This document shows, piece by piece, positions 29,208-39,117 of a DNA stretch of 64,000 nt (position 1 is the stretch's first letter; each line of letters opens with the position of its first letter). The DNA is from an uncultured Lentisphaerales bacterium (GTDB taxonomy: Bacteria; Verrucomicrobiota; Lentisphaeria; JABSQK01; UBA12247), in NCBI GenBank assembly GCA_943788985.1, contig CALSSJ010000026.1, forward strand, positions 32,001-96,000, read 5' to 3'. A program made the translations under genes and the position numbers. The notes beneath the pieces were generated by a model. That model saw only the letters and a program-made list of their open reading frames with translations. It did not search any database and was not told where the DNA came from.

Positions 29208-31013
29208 ATGATTCCGAATTCTTTTGTCAACGACCTTCTGGATCGCGTTGACATCGCCAACCTGATCGAGTCCGCAGTCCCGCTTCAGCGCGCAGGGAGC
29301 GAATACAAAGCCTGTTGCCCGTTTCATGATGAGAAGACCCCCTCATTCTACGTCGTCCCCGACAAGCGCATGTACCACTGCTTCGGCTGCGGCGTATCGG
29401 GAAACGCTGTGGGCTGGGTCATGGCCTATGATGGCCTCGGTTTTGTCGACGCGGTCAAGCTACTCGCGGGCCGTATGGGCCTTGAAATCCCGGACGATGG
29501 CAGCGGCTTTAAAAAGCGGAGGCAGGACGGGCCAGCTCGCGAAGATCTGTATGCCGTCCATACCCGCCTCACACATTGGTATCGCCAGAATCTGCTCGGG
29601 CCGGGTGGTGCCACCGCACGCCAATACCTGGCCGAACGCGGAATCTCCGATGAGATTCAGGAGCGCTTTCAGGTTGGCTACGCGCCGGACAGTTTTCACG
29701 CGGTCGTGGACTGGGGGCGCGCCCACAACTACTCCGCGGACCTGATGCTGCGCGCAGGCGTATTGACCTCAAAGGAGGGTTCGCGCTCGCCGTATGATCG
29801 CTGGCGCGATCGAATCATGTTTCCGATCTCCGATGAACGCCGCCGGGTAGTGGCCTTCAGTGGGCGAGTATTGAGCAGCGAGGCTAAAGGCGGGAAATAC
29901 GTCAATTCACCGGAGACAGATATTTTTAAGAAGGGGCGCATCCTCTACGGGATTGGGCAGGCGCGCGATGGAATCAGAAAGCAAGGCTGTACGCTCCTGT
30001 GCGAAGGTCAACTGGACGTCATCGCCTGTCACCAGGCAGGATTTGATCACGCCGTCGCCCCACAGGGCACCGCCTTCACCACCGAGCAGGCACGGCTCCT
30101 GGGGCGCTTTGCCCCGGATCTACTGCTGGCGTTCGATTCCGATCGCGCTGGCACAGAGGCTACGGTCAAGGCGGCCGACTCGTTTCTGGCTGCTAGCCTT
30201 ACCGCCAGAGTCGTGCGCCTGGGGAACGGCGAGGACCCGGACAGCCTGATCAAGAAGGACGGGCCGGCTGCCCTGGCGGCTCGCATCCAACAGGCACAGG
30301 ACTACTTCGCCTTCCTGATTGACTACCTCTCCACACAGCACGACGCCACCCACCCGGAAGGGAAGAGACGCATCGCAGAAACGTATCTCAACGTGGTTCG
30401 CCAGCTCCCCAGCGAGATTACGCGTTCGGAGTACGTGCAGCTGCTGTCGAATCGTCTGGACCTAGCAACTGAGGCTGTCCGAGATGAGCTACATCAGATC
30501 AATGACAAACAGCAGACCCAGGCCCAGAGCCGGACGCGACGGCGGTTAATCAACACGGCACCTGCCGTGGTCCCCGAGCAGAACAGGCTCTCGAGCGAAG
30601 AGAGCATTCTGTTCGACGTGGCGCTGCACCACGGCCGTTATGCCTGGCGGATGGTGGAAGACCTCGAGAGTGGCGATCTGCCGAACAGCCAAGCAGGACA
30701 CGCACTGCGCGCCTTGCTCGCGCGCAGTGCCCTCGGAGAGTGGTCAGCTGGGGTTCGAGACATCGCCGTCCAGGCAAACGAGCTGCCCCCTTCCCTTTCC
30801 GCCGTGATCGTACGCTCGCAGTTTCCCGCCGACTGCCCGGACGATGTGGTCGGAAACGCTTACCAGCGCTGTGTGCTGGGCCTGCGGGAAGTACGTCTGC
30901 GCGAAAGAAGCGCGACCGAGCAGGACCCAAAAACACAGCTTGAGATCAACAAGAAGCGCGCTGAGATTGCCTATGAGCTGAAAACAATGCGGCGGAGCTT
31001 CCGCGGCCAATAG
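29208..31013 (+). CDS. dnaG: DNA primase
   Basis: CHC2 zinc finger CPFHDEKTPSF...HCFGC, FSGR, KYVNSPET, Toprim EGQLDV...FDSDRAG; ATG at 29208. Confidence 0.96.
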   Translation: MIPNSFVNDLLDRVDIANLIESAVPLQRAGSEYKACCPFHDEKTPSFYVVPDKRMYHCFGCGVSGNAVGWVMAYDGLGFVDAVKLLAGRMGLEIPDDGSGFKKRRQDGPAREDLYAVHTRLTHWYRQNLLGPGGATARQYLAERGISDEIQERFQVGYAPDSFHAVVDWGRAHNYSADLMLRAGVLTSKEGSRSPYDRWRDRIMFPISDERRRVVAFSGRVLSSEAKGGKYVNSPETDIFKKGRILYGIGQARDGIRKQGCTLLCEGQLDVIACHQAGFDHAVAPQGTAFTTEQARLLGRFAPDLLLAFDSDRAGTEATVKAADSFLAASLTARVVRLGNGEDPDSLIKKDGPAALAARIQQAQDYFAFLIDYLSTQHDATHPEGKRRIAETYLNVVRQLPSEITRSEYVQLLSNRLDLATEAVRDELHQINDKQQTQAQSRTRRRLINTAPAVVPEQNRLSSEESILFDVALHHGRYAWRMVEDLESGDLPNSQAGHALRALLARSALGEWSAGVRDIAVQANELPPSLSAVIVRSQFPADCPDDVVGNAYQRCVLGLREVRLRERSATEQDPKTQLEINKKRAEIAYELKTMRRSFRGQ

Positions 31014-31025
31014 CCCAAAAGGACC

Positions 31026-32081
31026 TTGAAATTGCCAAATAGCAACCGTAAGGAGTGTGCTCCACGACGTGGTCATCGTAACTTCGTCGGCTCCGTCCGC
31101 TTCCGCTTCGTTTCGGCTGTTGGCTGTTGGACATTCTGTCCTATCTCGCCTAGCAGCAACATACAACTTCAGCGTGTTCTGCCTCTGGTACTAGCCCTCC
31201 AGGCATTGCTGGCCTCTGCGACGGACAACCGGCAGAAGCTCAGTCAGCTAGCGGCCGCTTGCGCTGGCCCCAGAATGGCGGTCGAAGCGACCAGTCAGTC
31301 AGGACGTGAATTGCTGGCCTATGCCCTCTGGCTGGATTCTACGAATGAGCAGGCAGCGTCTCTTTACAAGGCAGTGACTGAGGGCTTTGAGGTCGCGCTA
31401 CCTACGGGGGATGAGATCGCCCTAGCGGCGGCGGCTTTGAATGCCATGAAGTCTACCGATTCGGCTCGCGCGCAACTCCTACACGCGGCTGCCGTCGTCA
31501 TCGTCAGTCCGGATCAGGAGCAGGCGCGTGACTTGCAGCGCAAGGCCACACAGAAGATGAGGCCTACCGGGATGGTCGAGCTTCTCCGCACCCTGGGGCG
31601 AGGGGGCCGGGCCAAGGGAGACATCTCGCTGGCAGCTGCCATGGCAAAACTTCACCCGCCACCGGCCGACGACCAGACGACGGTAGAGATCGTGACGTCG
31701 CCCAACTATCAGCCCCCTCCCCTCCAGAGTTATCCGCCCGTGCCGAAGCAGAGCGACCAGGAGCTTGCTGCAGCAGTTCGCGAGTTGACCCTCTGGACGC
31801 AGACCCGTGGTGCGGGTTACGTCTCCGGCGTTGTCGCGAGACGCACAGCTTCGGGCCGTGCCATTCTTTATGGTAAGCTCACGCCGGAAGGGCTGAGGAA
31901 GCCGCAGAGGGCATTGGCCGGTTTCGGCAGTGCGTTACAGCGGCTCTGGGCCAGCAAGACCCTGCAGTATTACGGCACTAAGAATTCGTGGGCGCATATC
32001 GTCCTGCACAATCAGGCGAAAATCAAGATTCACTCGACATTGCAGAATGGCAGCAAGCTGAAGGCGGGGGCCCCGCGCTAA
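31026..32081 (+). CDS. Hypothetical protein, probably secreted (true start likely ~40-50 codons downstream)
   Basis: 351-aa ORF filling the gap; signal-peptide-like VLPLVLALQALLASA; no recognised family. Confidence 0.55.
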   Translation: MKLPNSNRKECAPRRGHRNFVGSVRFRFVSAVGCWTFCPISPSSNIQLQRVLPLVLALQALLASATDNRQKLSQLAAACAGPRMAVEATSQSGRELLAYALWLDSTNEQAASLYKAVTEGFEVALPTGDEIALAAAALNAMKSTDSARAQLLHAAAVVIVSPDQEQARDLQRKATQKMRPTGMVELLRTLGRGGRAKGDISLAAAMAKLHPPPADDQTTVEIVTSPNYQPPPLQSYPPVPKQSDQELAAAVRELTLWTQTRGAGYVSGVVARRTASGRAILYGKLTPEGLRKPQRALAGFGSALQRLWASKTLQYYGTKNSWAHIVLHNQAKIKIHSTLQNGSKLKAGAPR

Positions 32082-32192
32082 GAGGCCCCGGAAAAAGAAT
32101 CGACTCGAGTCGATCTTCCGGATGGTCATCAGTCAGCAAGGTCCCACCAGACTTGGCCTGTGGGCTGCCTTGTTCTGCCCCTCATGTCGAAC

Positions 32193-32552
32193 TTAGAGCC
32201 GCGCTCGAGTGCGCTGAATTTGGTTGTCGTCCGTATTGGCACCACCCAGCATCAACGAATCTGCCCCACGCTGACGCCGCTGAAGGTTTGGCATCAGCAC
32301 CGTCGGCGTCTCGAAATAGTCGCCCTGTGGCTGGTCAAAGCGAGGTGCAGCATCATCGTAATAGCCCTGCTGCTTCATGCCGTTATGGCTGGGGAAGCAC
32401 TTCAGGTCGTACAGCCCCGGCAGCGTCTCATCAAAATCGAGATCATCCGTAAAAGACACAATGATGTTCGCCCGGTCCTGTGCTTACGTAGCCGGCCCCT
32501 CTAGCGCCAGCGCAGCGACAGCAAGTCGAAGGATTGTGCTTGGTACAATCAC
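32193..32552 (-). pseudogene. Truncated sulfatase remnant
   Basis: GTG at 32552 gives a signal-like MIVPSTILRLAVAALAL, an in-frame TAA (32484-32486), then [12 protein letters not shown]...MPNL (sulfatase N-terminal motifs); no CxPxR motif follows. Confidence 0.55.
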
Positions 32553-34335
32553 TAACGCTCTGACTCAAGTTTGCGGACCACGCAGTACAACGCGCCCACA
32601 GTGCCCTGTGCAATGTGAAAAATCGGCGCCAGCCTGTGAGAACCGGCTGTCAGATCAGCCTCAAAGCTCACGCTTGTGGCACCCGCAACTACGGGCTTGC
32701 TACCCAGTTTTTTCCCGTCAATGATCAGGCTCGCCTTCGTTGCCGCCAGCGCCTTGCCGCGACTCGCACGGAACGCCTTGCTGGCCCCAGGCACCTGCTT
32801 GCCAGCGGGCAGAGCCGCGATGATCGCTTGGTTGGCCTCCGGCGGCCAGCGCAAGGCGTCGATCTGGTAGCGGCCGTCTTGAATGACCTTTACCGCCCAA
32901 TGTCCAGTATGTTCCACCTTCTTCTTACCAATGGGCGAGAGCGCACGAATGTGCCCCTGATTCCACGGTGGCGCGCCTTTCCCAATCCAGTCGTGGCCAG
33001 TAAGCACAGCTTCTTTCTCGCCCGGCTGGCCAAGGTAAATCTCGGTCGTCTCCGCGAAACTCGGGGAGATCTCGGCCCACCACTCTTCGTAGAAGCCGCG
33101 CATCGCCTTGAACTGCTCGGGGTACTGCTCCGCGATATTTGTCTTCTGACCGGGGTCGGCCTCGATGTCGTAGAGTTTCCTCGCCATTGATCAGACGGAA
33201 GCGCTGGGACATGACCGAGGACTGGCGCCACATGACCGGATCCACCACTCGCTGGGAATCGGTCACCAGAAAGCGGGCTGCCCAATCCGCATCGACCTTC
33301 GGATCGAGCAAGGCGCGGATGTCTAGCCCGTCAAATTGGTAGCCCTCTGGGGCCTTCCCGCCAGCAATTTCCAGCAGGGTCGGCACGATATCGATCGCGT
33401 GATGTGAGCGTGTGGTCGCCGTGCTTCACGTTCCAGCCGGCCGCTGGCCAATGCACGATAAACGGGACCCGATGGCCACCGTCGTACTCGCTACCCTTCT
33501 TACCGCGCATGCCAGCGTTGAAGACACGATGGCCAGTGGCAGTTCCATTATCCGTGGTGAAGATGAAAATGGTGTCATTGGAAACGCCCAGTTCTTGCAG
33601 CAAGTCCCGCGTCTTGCCTACATTGTCATCAATATTCGTAATCATGCCGAAGAACGCAGCAATGTTCGCTTTCTGGCCCTTGTACATGTCCAGATACTTT
33701 TGTGGGGCATGCAATGGACTGTGAGGGGCGTTTAGGGAAATGTAGGCGAAGAAAGGCTTGCCAGCCTTCGCGGAGTCCGCAATAAAGGCATTGCCTTGCG
33801 CAAAGAACACGTCCGTGCAAAAGCCCTTCGCGGGCACAATCTTGCTATTGTGAAAATAGCTGCCATCGAAGTATGAGTTATCCCAGACGTCCGGAGTCTG
33901 GCCGACGCCACCGCCACCGTGGCGATACACTTCAGTAAATCCTCGGTCTTCAGGACGGTAAGGATAGGTGTCGCCAAGATGCCACTTGCCGAACATCCCG
34001 GTCTGGTAGCCAGCATCCTTAAGATGCTGACCAAGTGTGATCTCGTTAGCGCGCAACATTGAGCGCCCCCTAATCGTGTGCCAAACACCCGTGCGGTTGG
34101 TCCAGTGCCCGGTCAGCAACGCCGCCCGCGTCGGCGAGCAGGTAGGGGCCACATGGTAGTTGGTCAGACTGGTCGATTCCCCGTGGAGCTTGTCGATATG
34201 CGGGGTCTTGATCACCGGGTTGCCGTGACAAGCGAGATCGCCGTAGCCTTGGTCATCCGTAATCACCATTACGATATTGGGCTTGGCGAAGGCCGTGGTG
34301 GCCGCGAAAAGACAGAGGAGAGACAGCAGGCGCAT
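32552..34335 (-). CDS. Secreted arylsulfatase (Cys-type, formylglycine-dependent), frameshifted near 33400 and 33180
   Basis: Signal peptide, PNIVMVITDDQG, CSPTRAALLTG, GKWHLG, DNG, GGHRVPF, LYDIEADPGQ. Confidence 0.93.
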
Positions 34336-34435
34336 AGAACGAGCCTCCAGCGAGTAAGCGTTTGGATTTCGACTCGACTGTAGGCGCGATCGTAAGTTTA
34401 TCGCATTGCCAGGCAGTAGCCTGAGCAGGACTCGA

Positions 34436-34554
34436 TGACTTGGTGACTTGATGACCCCCGATTACACCATGACTGAGCTGACGCCATGACAGTGATCACT
34501 GGTTGGGCGTCATGGCGTCATTTCGTCGCCGGGCGTCATGGCGTCACCAAGTCA
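34436..34554. repeat. Nested imperfect inverted repeat built from TGAC/GTCA units at 8-bp period
   Basis: TGACTTGGTGACTTGATGAC (34436-34455) pairs 17/20 with 34535-34554; TGACGCCATGAC (34479-34490) pairs 12/12 with 34509-34520. Confidence 0.75.
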
Positions 34555-34671
34555 CCCAGTCCTATTCCATCACGCCGCAGGCGTGAGAGGCGCCCTCCGT
34601 TACAGGACTAAACCCGGAGCGATTCGTCGCGTACAACAATCGCCGCCCCCCACACCACACGGAGAATCGCC

Positions 34672-34920
34672 ATGTCCCCTCGCCTCCTCGTCTTCCTTCT
34701 TGCGCTCGCCTGCCTCGCCACTGTCGGCTGTGCGCATCGCCCTGGCCACCGTCATGCCGGCATCAAGCATCCGCCCCGAAAAGTCGCCATGATTGCCAAG
34801 CTTCCCAGCGGCCATCGGGTCGTGCATGTCAAGGGCCGCCGCTACTTCGTCCACAAGGGCGTTTACTACGCAGCCAAAGGCCCACGAGGCTACACGGTGG
34901 TCAAGAAGCCGTTGCACTGA
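34672..34920 (+). CDS. Small basic secreted or lipoprotein (DUF6515-like)
   Basis: Signal peptide with TVGC; LPSGHRVVHVKGRRYFVHKGVYY...GYTVV. Confidence 0.7.
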   Translation: MSPRLLVFLLALACLATVGCAHRPGHRHAGIKHPPRKVAMIAKLPSGHRVVHVKGRRYFVHKGVYYAAKGPRGYTVVKKPLH

Positions 34921-34950
34921 TTCCAAACACGCGTATACGAAGACAGGAAC

Positions 34951-35529
34951 TTGCTACGTATGATTGAGAGTATGGATACCCACACAGACCACCAACTGGT
35001 TCGCGCCTATCTCGACGGCGACATGGCTGCCTTCGACACCTTGTACGAGCGTTGCCGGCTCCCGCTGTTCAGCTATCTCAACAAGCGCATGGTCCAGCAC
35101 CCAGATGCCGTAGATGACCTTTTTCAGCAGACCTGGTCCAAGGCCATCAAACACCTGCCGCGCTTTCGCGATGCCAACTTCATGCCCTGGCTGCTGCGAA
35201 TCGCCCACAACACCGCCATCGACCACATCCGCAAAGTCCGCCCCAGCGATCCACTCGAAGACCACGCAGCCGAACTGCATTCTGCCGAGCTGGCACCGGG
35301 AGCCGCGCTCATGCAGCACGAACTGATCGGTGCCCTGCGCAGCGCAGTCGACACGCTGCCGCCCGAGCAACGTGAGGTAGTCAGCCTACGCCAGACCGAG
35401 CTGGGCTTCAACGAAATCGCCAGCATCCAGCAGTGCTCGATCAACACCACAATGGGGCGCATGCGCTACGCGCTAGCCGCCCTACGCAAGGCTTTGGCCC
35501 CCATCCGCAACGGAGCCCGCGAGCCATGA
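34951..35529 (+). CDS. ECF (sigma-24 type) RNA polymerase sigma factor
   Basis: GDMAAFDTLY, DDLFQQTW, WLLRIAHNTAIDHIR, LPPEQREV, FNEIA. Confidence 0.92.
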   Translation: MLRMIESMDTHTDHQLVRAYLDGDMAAFDTLYERCRLPLFSYLNKRMVQHPDAVDDLFQQTWSKAIKHLPRFRDANFMPWLLRIAHNTAIDHIRKVRPSDPLEDHAAELHSAELAPGAALMQHELIGALRSAVDTLPPEQREVVSLRQTELGFNEIASIQQCSINTTMGRMRYALAALRKALAPIRNGAREP

Positions 35530-35810
35530 CTCCGATAGACTGCGAAGTTCGCAAACTTGCTCAGCACGCCTTGGTCCGTCGGCGCCGCCTGCGCGTTGCC
35601 CGCCTCGGCGTAACCCTCTTGGCCGCTTGCTGGTTGCTCTCGTCGTTGCACTCCAGCGACCCGCAAGCCTCAACCGCAGTAGCGAACGCACCCGAAGCTG
35701 TAGAGATCTGGGCCTGGGATGATGGCTTCAGCGTAGAGCTTGCCATGCTCGAGGCCGAAATGGCGCTCGGCGAGATTGCGGAGTTCGCAAGCGTCGACAG
35801 CAGCCTATGA
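35526..35810 (+). CDS. Small single-TM protein, putative anti-sigma factor
   Basis: ATGA overlap with the ECF gene; basic N-terminus, one TM, short acidic tail. Confidence 0.6.
   Translation: MTPIDCEVRKLAQHALVRRRRLRVARLGVTLLAACWLLSSLHSSDPQASTAVANAPEAVEIWAWDDGFSVELAMLEAEMALGEIAEFASVDSSL
35776..35790. repeat. Iterated 15-bp palindrome, exact copy (in putative anti-sigma gene)
   Basis: TTGCGGAGTTCGCAA; a 14/15 copy lies at 35540-35554 in the same gene. Confidence 0.85.
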
Positions 35811-36298
35811 TTGCACGCCTGGCAGTCGCAATGCTGGCCGTCCCGTTGCTGTTCGGCGGCCCTGAATTTGACCGAAAGCCCCACCTACGTGGTGGACTGC
35901 CCGGCGGTCCGCCTGGCGAACGGCTGCTGCTGCGTATGGAGCAAAGAAATCCTCAGGAGTATGAGCGCTTGTGCGAACTGCGAAAGACAGACCCGGAGGC
36001 GTTTCGCGATGCCCTACGTAAGCACGGCAAGGCCGGCTTCCGTCCCCCTCGTGAGGGCCGCCGCCACGCCAAGGAATTGAGCCAACTGGCCGCGCAGGTC
36101 CGCAAGGAGCCAGATGCCGACAAGCGTGCGGCCCTGACACAGCAACTGCAACAAAAGATCGGAGAATCGTTCGATGCAGAAATCGCAGAGCACCAGCAAC
36201 GGCTGGAGGCGATGAGCCGGCGCCTTGAAGAGCGACGCCAGCAAAAAGCAGAGATCTGCCAAAAGATGGCAGGCAAGCTTCTTGAGCCTAGGGACTAG
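35807..36298 (+). CDS. Periplasmic helical protein (Spy/CpxP/ZraP-like sensor candidate)
   Basis: Signal peptide, Gly/Pro patch, charged coiled-coil; third gene of the ECF cassette. Confidence 0.55.
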   Translation: MIARLAVAMLAVPLLFGGPEFDRKPHLRGGLPGGPPGERLLLRMEQRNPQEYERLCELRKTDPEAFRDALRKHGKAGFRPPREGRRHAKELSQLAAQVRKEPDADKRAALTQQLQQKIGESFDAEIAEHQQRLEAMSRRLEERRQQKAEICQKMAGKLLEPRD

Positions 36299-36582
36299 GA
36301 TTGACGGCCAGCCTCGGCAAACTCCAGGTGTGAATCAGCGCCTACCTGCTCGGTAGGGAGGTCCGCTACGACGGAAGCCACAAGCGCGGCTCACCCAGCT
36401 GTGGCGTATTCGGGGTAAAAGTTCACCAGCCAAACGGATTTCTCCGCGAGGGCAGAGGCGTCTCTGTCCGAGCGCTCATGGAGCGCATGCCCTGGCTCCC
36501 CGTTGAAGATAGAGAGACGCCTACGCGATTCCCAGCTGCGCGAGTGTTCTGACAGGCCTCTACGCGGCCCTGCGTCAGCGTG

Positions 36583-37665
36583 CTACAGGCTCCGACCAGC
36601 CTGGCGCATAGCCAGATCCAAAACCACCAGCGCGGCCATTCCTTCCACGATCGGCACCGCGCGTGGGACTACACACGGATCGTGACGGCCCTTGGCTTCA
36701 AGCACCGCATCATCGCCCTCGAAGGTCGCAGTCTGCTGAGCCTTGCCAATGGTCGCTGGCGGTTTGAAGGCAATGCGAAAGACAAGCGGCTCGCCATTGC
36801 TAATCCCGCCCTGAATTCCGCCGCTATGATTCGTCATCGTGCCCAGGCGCTCGCCCTTCTGCACAAAGGGATCATTATGCTGCGAACCTAGCAGCTCCGT
36901 ACCCGCGAAACCGGATCCAATTTCGAAGCCCTTGGTCGCCGGGATCGACATCATCGCATGCGCCAGTTTGGCCTCAAGCTTATCAAACACAGGCTCACCC
37001 AGACCAGCTGGCACATTGCGGCAGACGCAGCTGACCACGCCACCGATCGAGTCCTGACCATCCCGAGCGGCGACAATAGCCGCCATCATCTTCTCCGAAG
37101 CCGCTTGGTCTGAACAACGCACCTGGTTGCCATCCACCTGCTCCCGGCTGATCGTCAGCACATCCGGGTCCGGCGCGGTGATGTCACCCGCGGCTGACAC
37201 CCAAGACACAATCTCGATGCCAAAGCGCTCAACCAAAATCTTCTCTGCAATCGCACCAGCTGCCACCCGAGCAATCGTCTCACGCGCACTGGAGCGGCCA
37301 CCGCCGCTCGACGCGCGAATCCCGTACTTCATCTGATAGGTGAAGTCGGCATGAGACGGCCGCGGCACGTTACTCATCTCTTTGTAGTCACCAGGCCGCT
37401 GGTCCCGATTGTGCACCAACAGGCCAATTGGCGTGCCGAGCGTCAGGCCATTCTCAGTCCCGGATAGAATCTTGACGACATCTCCTTCCTTGCGGTCAGT
37501 GGTCACCTTGCTCTGTCCCGGACGACGCCGATCCAACTGCGGCTGCAAGTCCTCTTCGGTCAGCGCCAACCCGGCAGGAACGCCATCGACGATGGCCCCC
37601 ACGCCAAAACAGTGCGACTCCCCGAACGTTGTGACACGAAAATCCGTTCCGAAACTGCTGGACAT
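36583..37665 (-). CDS. aroC: Chorismate synthase
   Basis: [36 protein letters not shown]. Confidence 0.97.
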   Translation of the reverse strand: MSSSFGTDFRVTTFGESHCFGVGAIVDGVPAGLALTEEDLQPQLDRRRPGQSKVTTDRKEGDVVKILSGTENGLTLGTPIGLLVHNRDQRPGDYKEMSNVPRPSHADFTYQMKYGIRASSGGGRSSARETIARVAAGAIAEKILVERFGIEIVSWVSAAGDITAPDPDVLTISREQVDGNQVRCSDQAASEKMMAAIVAARDGQDSIGGVVSCVCRNVPAGLGEPVFDKLEAKLAHAMMSIPATKGFEIGSGFAGTELLGSQHNDPFVQKGERLGTMTNHSGGIQGGISNGEPLVFRIAFKPPATIGKAQQTATFEGDDAVLEAKGRHDPCVVPRAVPIVEGMAALVVLDLAMRQAGRSL

Positions 37666-38120
37666 TAGATCGCTCCGCTCTGGAGCATCTGTTGCAGCTC
37701 CGTCTGGAACTCCTGCATGTCTTCTGGCGTTGGCTCAGCATCACCCTTCGGCGTAAAGCCAAAGCGCTGCATCTGGTCGATATACCAGTCACCGCTCGCA
37801 CCGGAAGCAAACGTGACCTGTCCACTGAGCATCGCCCCCGGCGGATGAACAGTATTTAAGGTCACGGAAACCTTTCCTGGCGCTACGTCTTCGCCAGCAC
37901 CCTCTTCCGCCTCACCTCCACCTTCTTCCTCGTCGTCTGGCTCCGGCTCTGGCGTGTCGAACTGCTCCCAGTTCACCTCCAGATCCAGAGCGATCATGCG
38001 AAGCTCCATGTACGTTAGGGACACGCCGTGCTCGTCCTTTAGAATGGTCTGCACTTGGGGCAGCTCAACGCCCTCGGCCATAAGCCGGGCAATGATCTTG
38101 TTTCGTTCTTGCTCACTCAT
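37665..38120 (-). CDS. Acidic hypothetical protein (PVC-type conserved hypothetical)
   Basis: 151-aa ORF coupled to aroC; LTYMELR...[14 protein letters not shown]...WYIDQM...FQTELQ. Confidence 0.75.
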   Translation of the reverse strand: MSEQERNKIIARLMAEGVELPQVQTILKDEHGVSLTYMELRMIALDLEVNWEQFDTPEPEPDDEEEGGGEAEEGAGEDVAPGKVSVTLNTVHPPGAMLSGQVTFASGASGDWYIDQMQRFGFTPKGDAEPTPEDMQEFQTELQQMLQSGAI

Positions 38121-38193
38121 TGTAGGGGGGACATCTCGTTACAGGGGGTCATAAATGGGATCAGGTCAAGGCACCGTGCCGCTTGAGCCGTGG

Positions 38194-38221
38194 ACAGTAC
38201 AAATGCACGCGCCGCTGTCAA
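38194..38221 (-). promoter_or_regulatory. Putative sigma70 promoter of the hypothetical-aroC operon
   Basis: TTGACA-N16-TACTGT on the minus strand. Confidence 0.6.
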
Positions 38222-38241
38222 CGCAGTGGACAACCATCAAA

Positions 38242-38320
38242 CCAGCTGTTTGGCATCTCAAACAACTGGATGACATACTTGACAAATGTCTATTGCCTAA
38301 TCAAAGACACATCGTAACGT
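38242..38320 (+). promoter_or_regulatory. Operator-like inverted repeats and promoter of the TonB operon
   Basis: CCAGCTGTTTG-N6-CAAACAACTGG (10/11); GACAT-N9-ATGTC; TTGCCT-N16-TAACGT. Confidence 0.45.
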
Positions 38321-38355
38321 AAGCCGTTTCGCCTGAATCACTCAAGTTCGCAACC

Positions 38356-39117
38356 ATGTGTTTTTTTTAGGTTCCGATCTGCCTATACCGTCACTCTGAG
38401 ACTCGCGATCCGCCACGCTCTGTTAGCGTAGCCGTGGCAAGCGATCTCGACGACTTACTGGCGCGCAAAAGCCGCGCTCCAGACAGAGATTTCCCGCCTA
38501 GCCGAACAGGAAACGAAGGTGCGGAGTGCGCAAACCCGGCTGCATCAACTGAAGCAGGTAGTGGCCCCAAGCCCGCAGCGATCTTTCTGATGTACGGACT
38601 GAGTTGCGCGGCGCGCGCGCGCCGCGGAGTGCCGAGACCAATAAGACGGCTGATTCGCTTCGCCAACCGCAGACGGAAATCATGGCCAAGGCGCGCGCCC
38701 GCCGCCACTCTGCGACCCGATCGCGTGTGGCCGCAGGTATCCCGTACCAACTGAATTGAGCGGCTGGGCAATCCTAGACCACTGCCTGGTCTTGCTGACG
38801 TCTGAGCCTGCCGCCGGCACAGCTGCCTTCCCTCGCCTTTCTGCGCGACGAGCTCTCGCTCTCTCGCCGAAAACGGCCTTCAGCGCCACCCCTGTCGAGT
38901 TCTCCGGTCGAACCCTGCCTTCCTACCAAATTCGACTCGGTCTGGCAGAGCTGTATGCCGTGTCCGAGGACGGTAAACGTATCAGCATGAGTGCCGACGG
39001 CGCCTGGATCGAAGCGCCGGAAGCGACTCGCGAGCGGCTTAAAGCTGCCGTGCAGATGCTGCGCAAAACGCGCCCCGTCGAGCACTCGTGGCGCTGCCCA
39101 CAGGTGGTGCCAAATGA
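38356..39117 (+). pseudogene. DUF3450 (TtpB-like) protein, heavily frameshifted
   Basis: C-terminal piece YQIRLGLAELYAVSEDG...W...RLKAAVQMLRKTRPVE..LP matches the DUF3450 pattern; start uncertain. Confidence 0.55.

Noticed and set aside
36299..36582. tmRNA, RNase P or SRP RNA
   Set aside because: Their hallmark motifs were not found on either strand.
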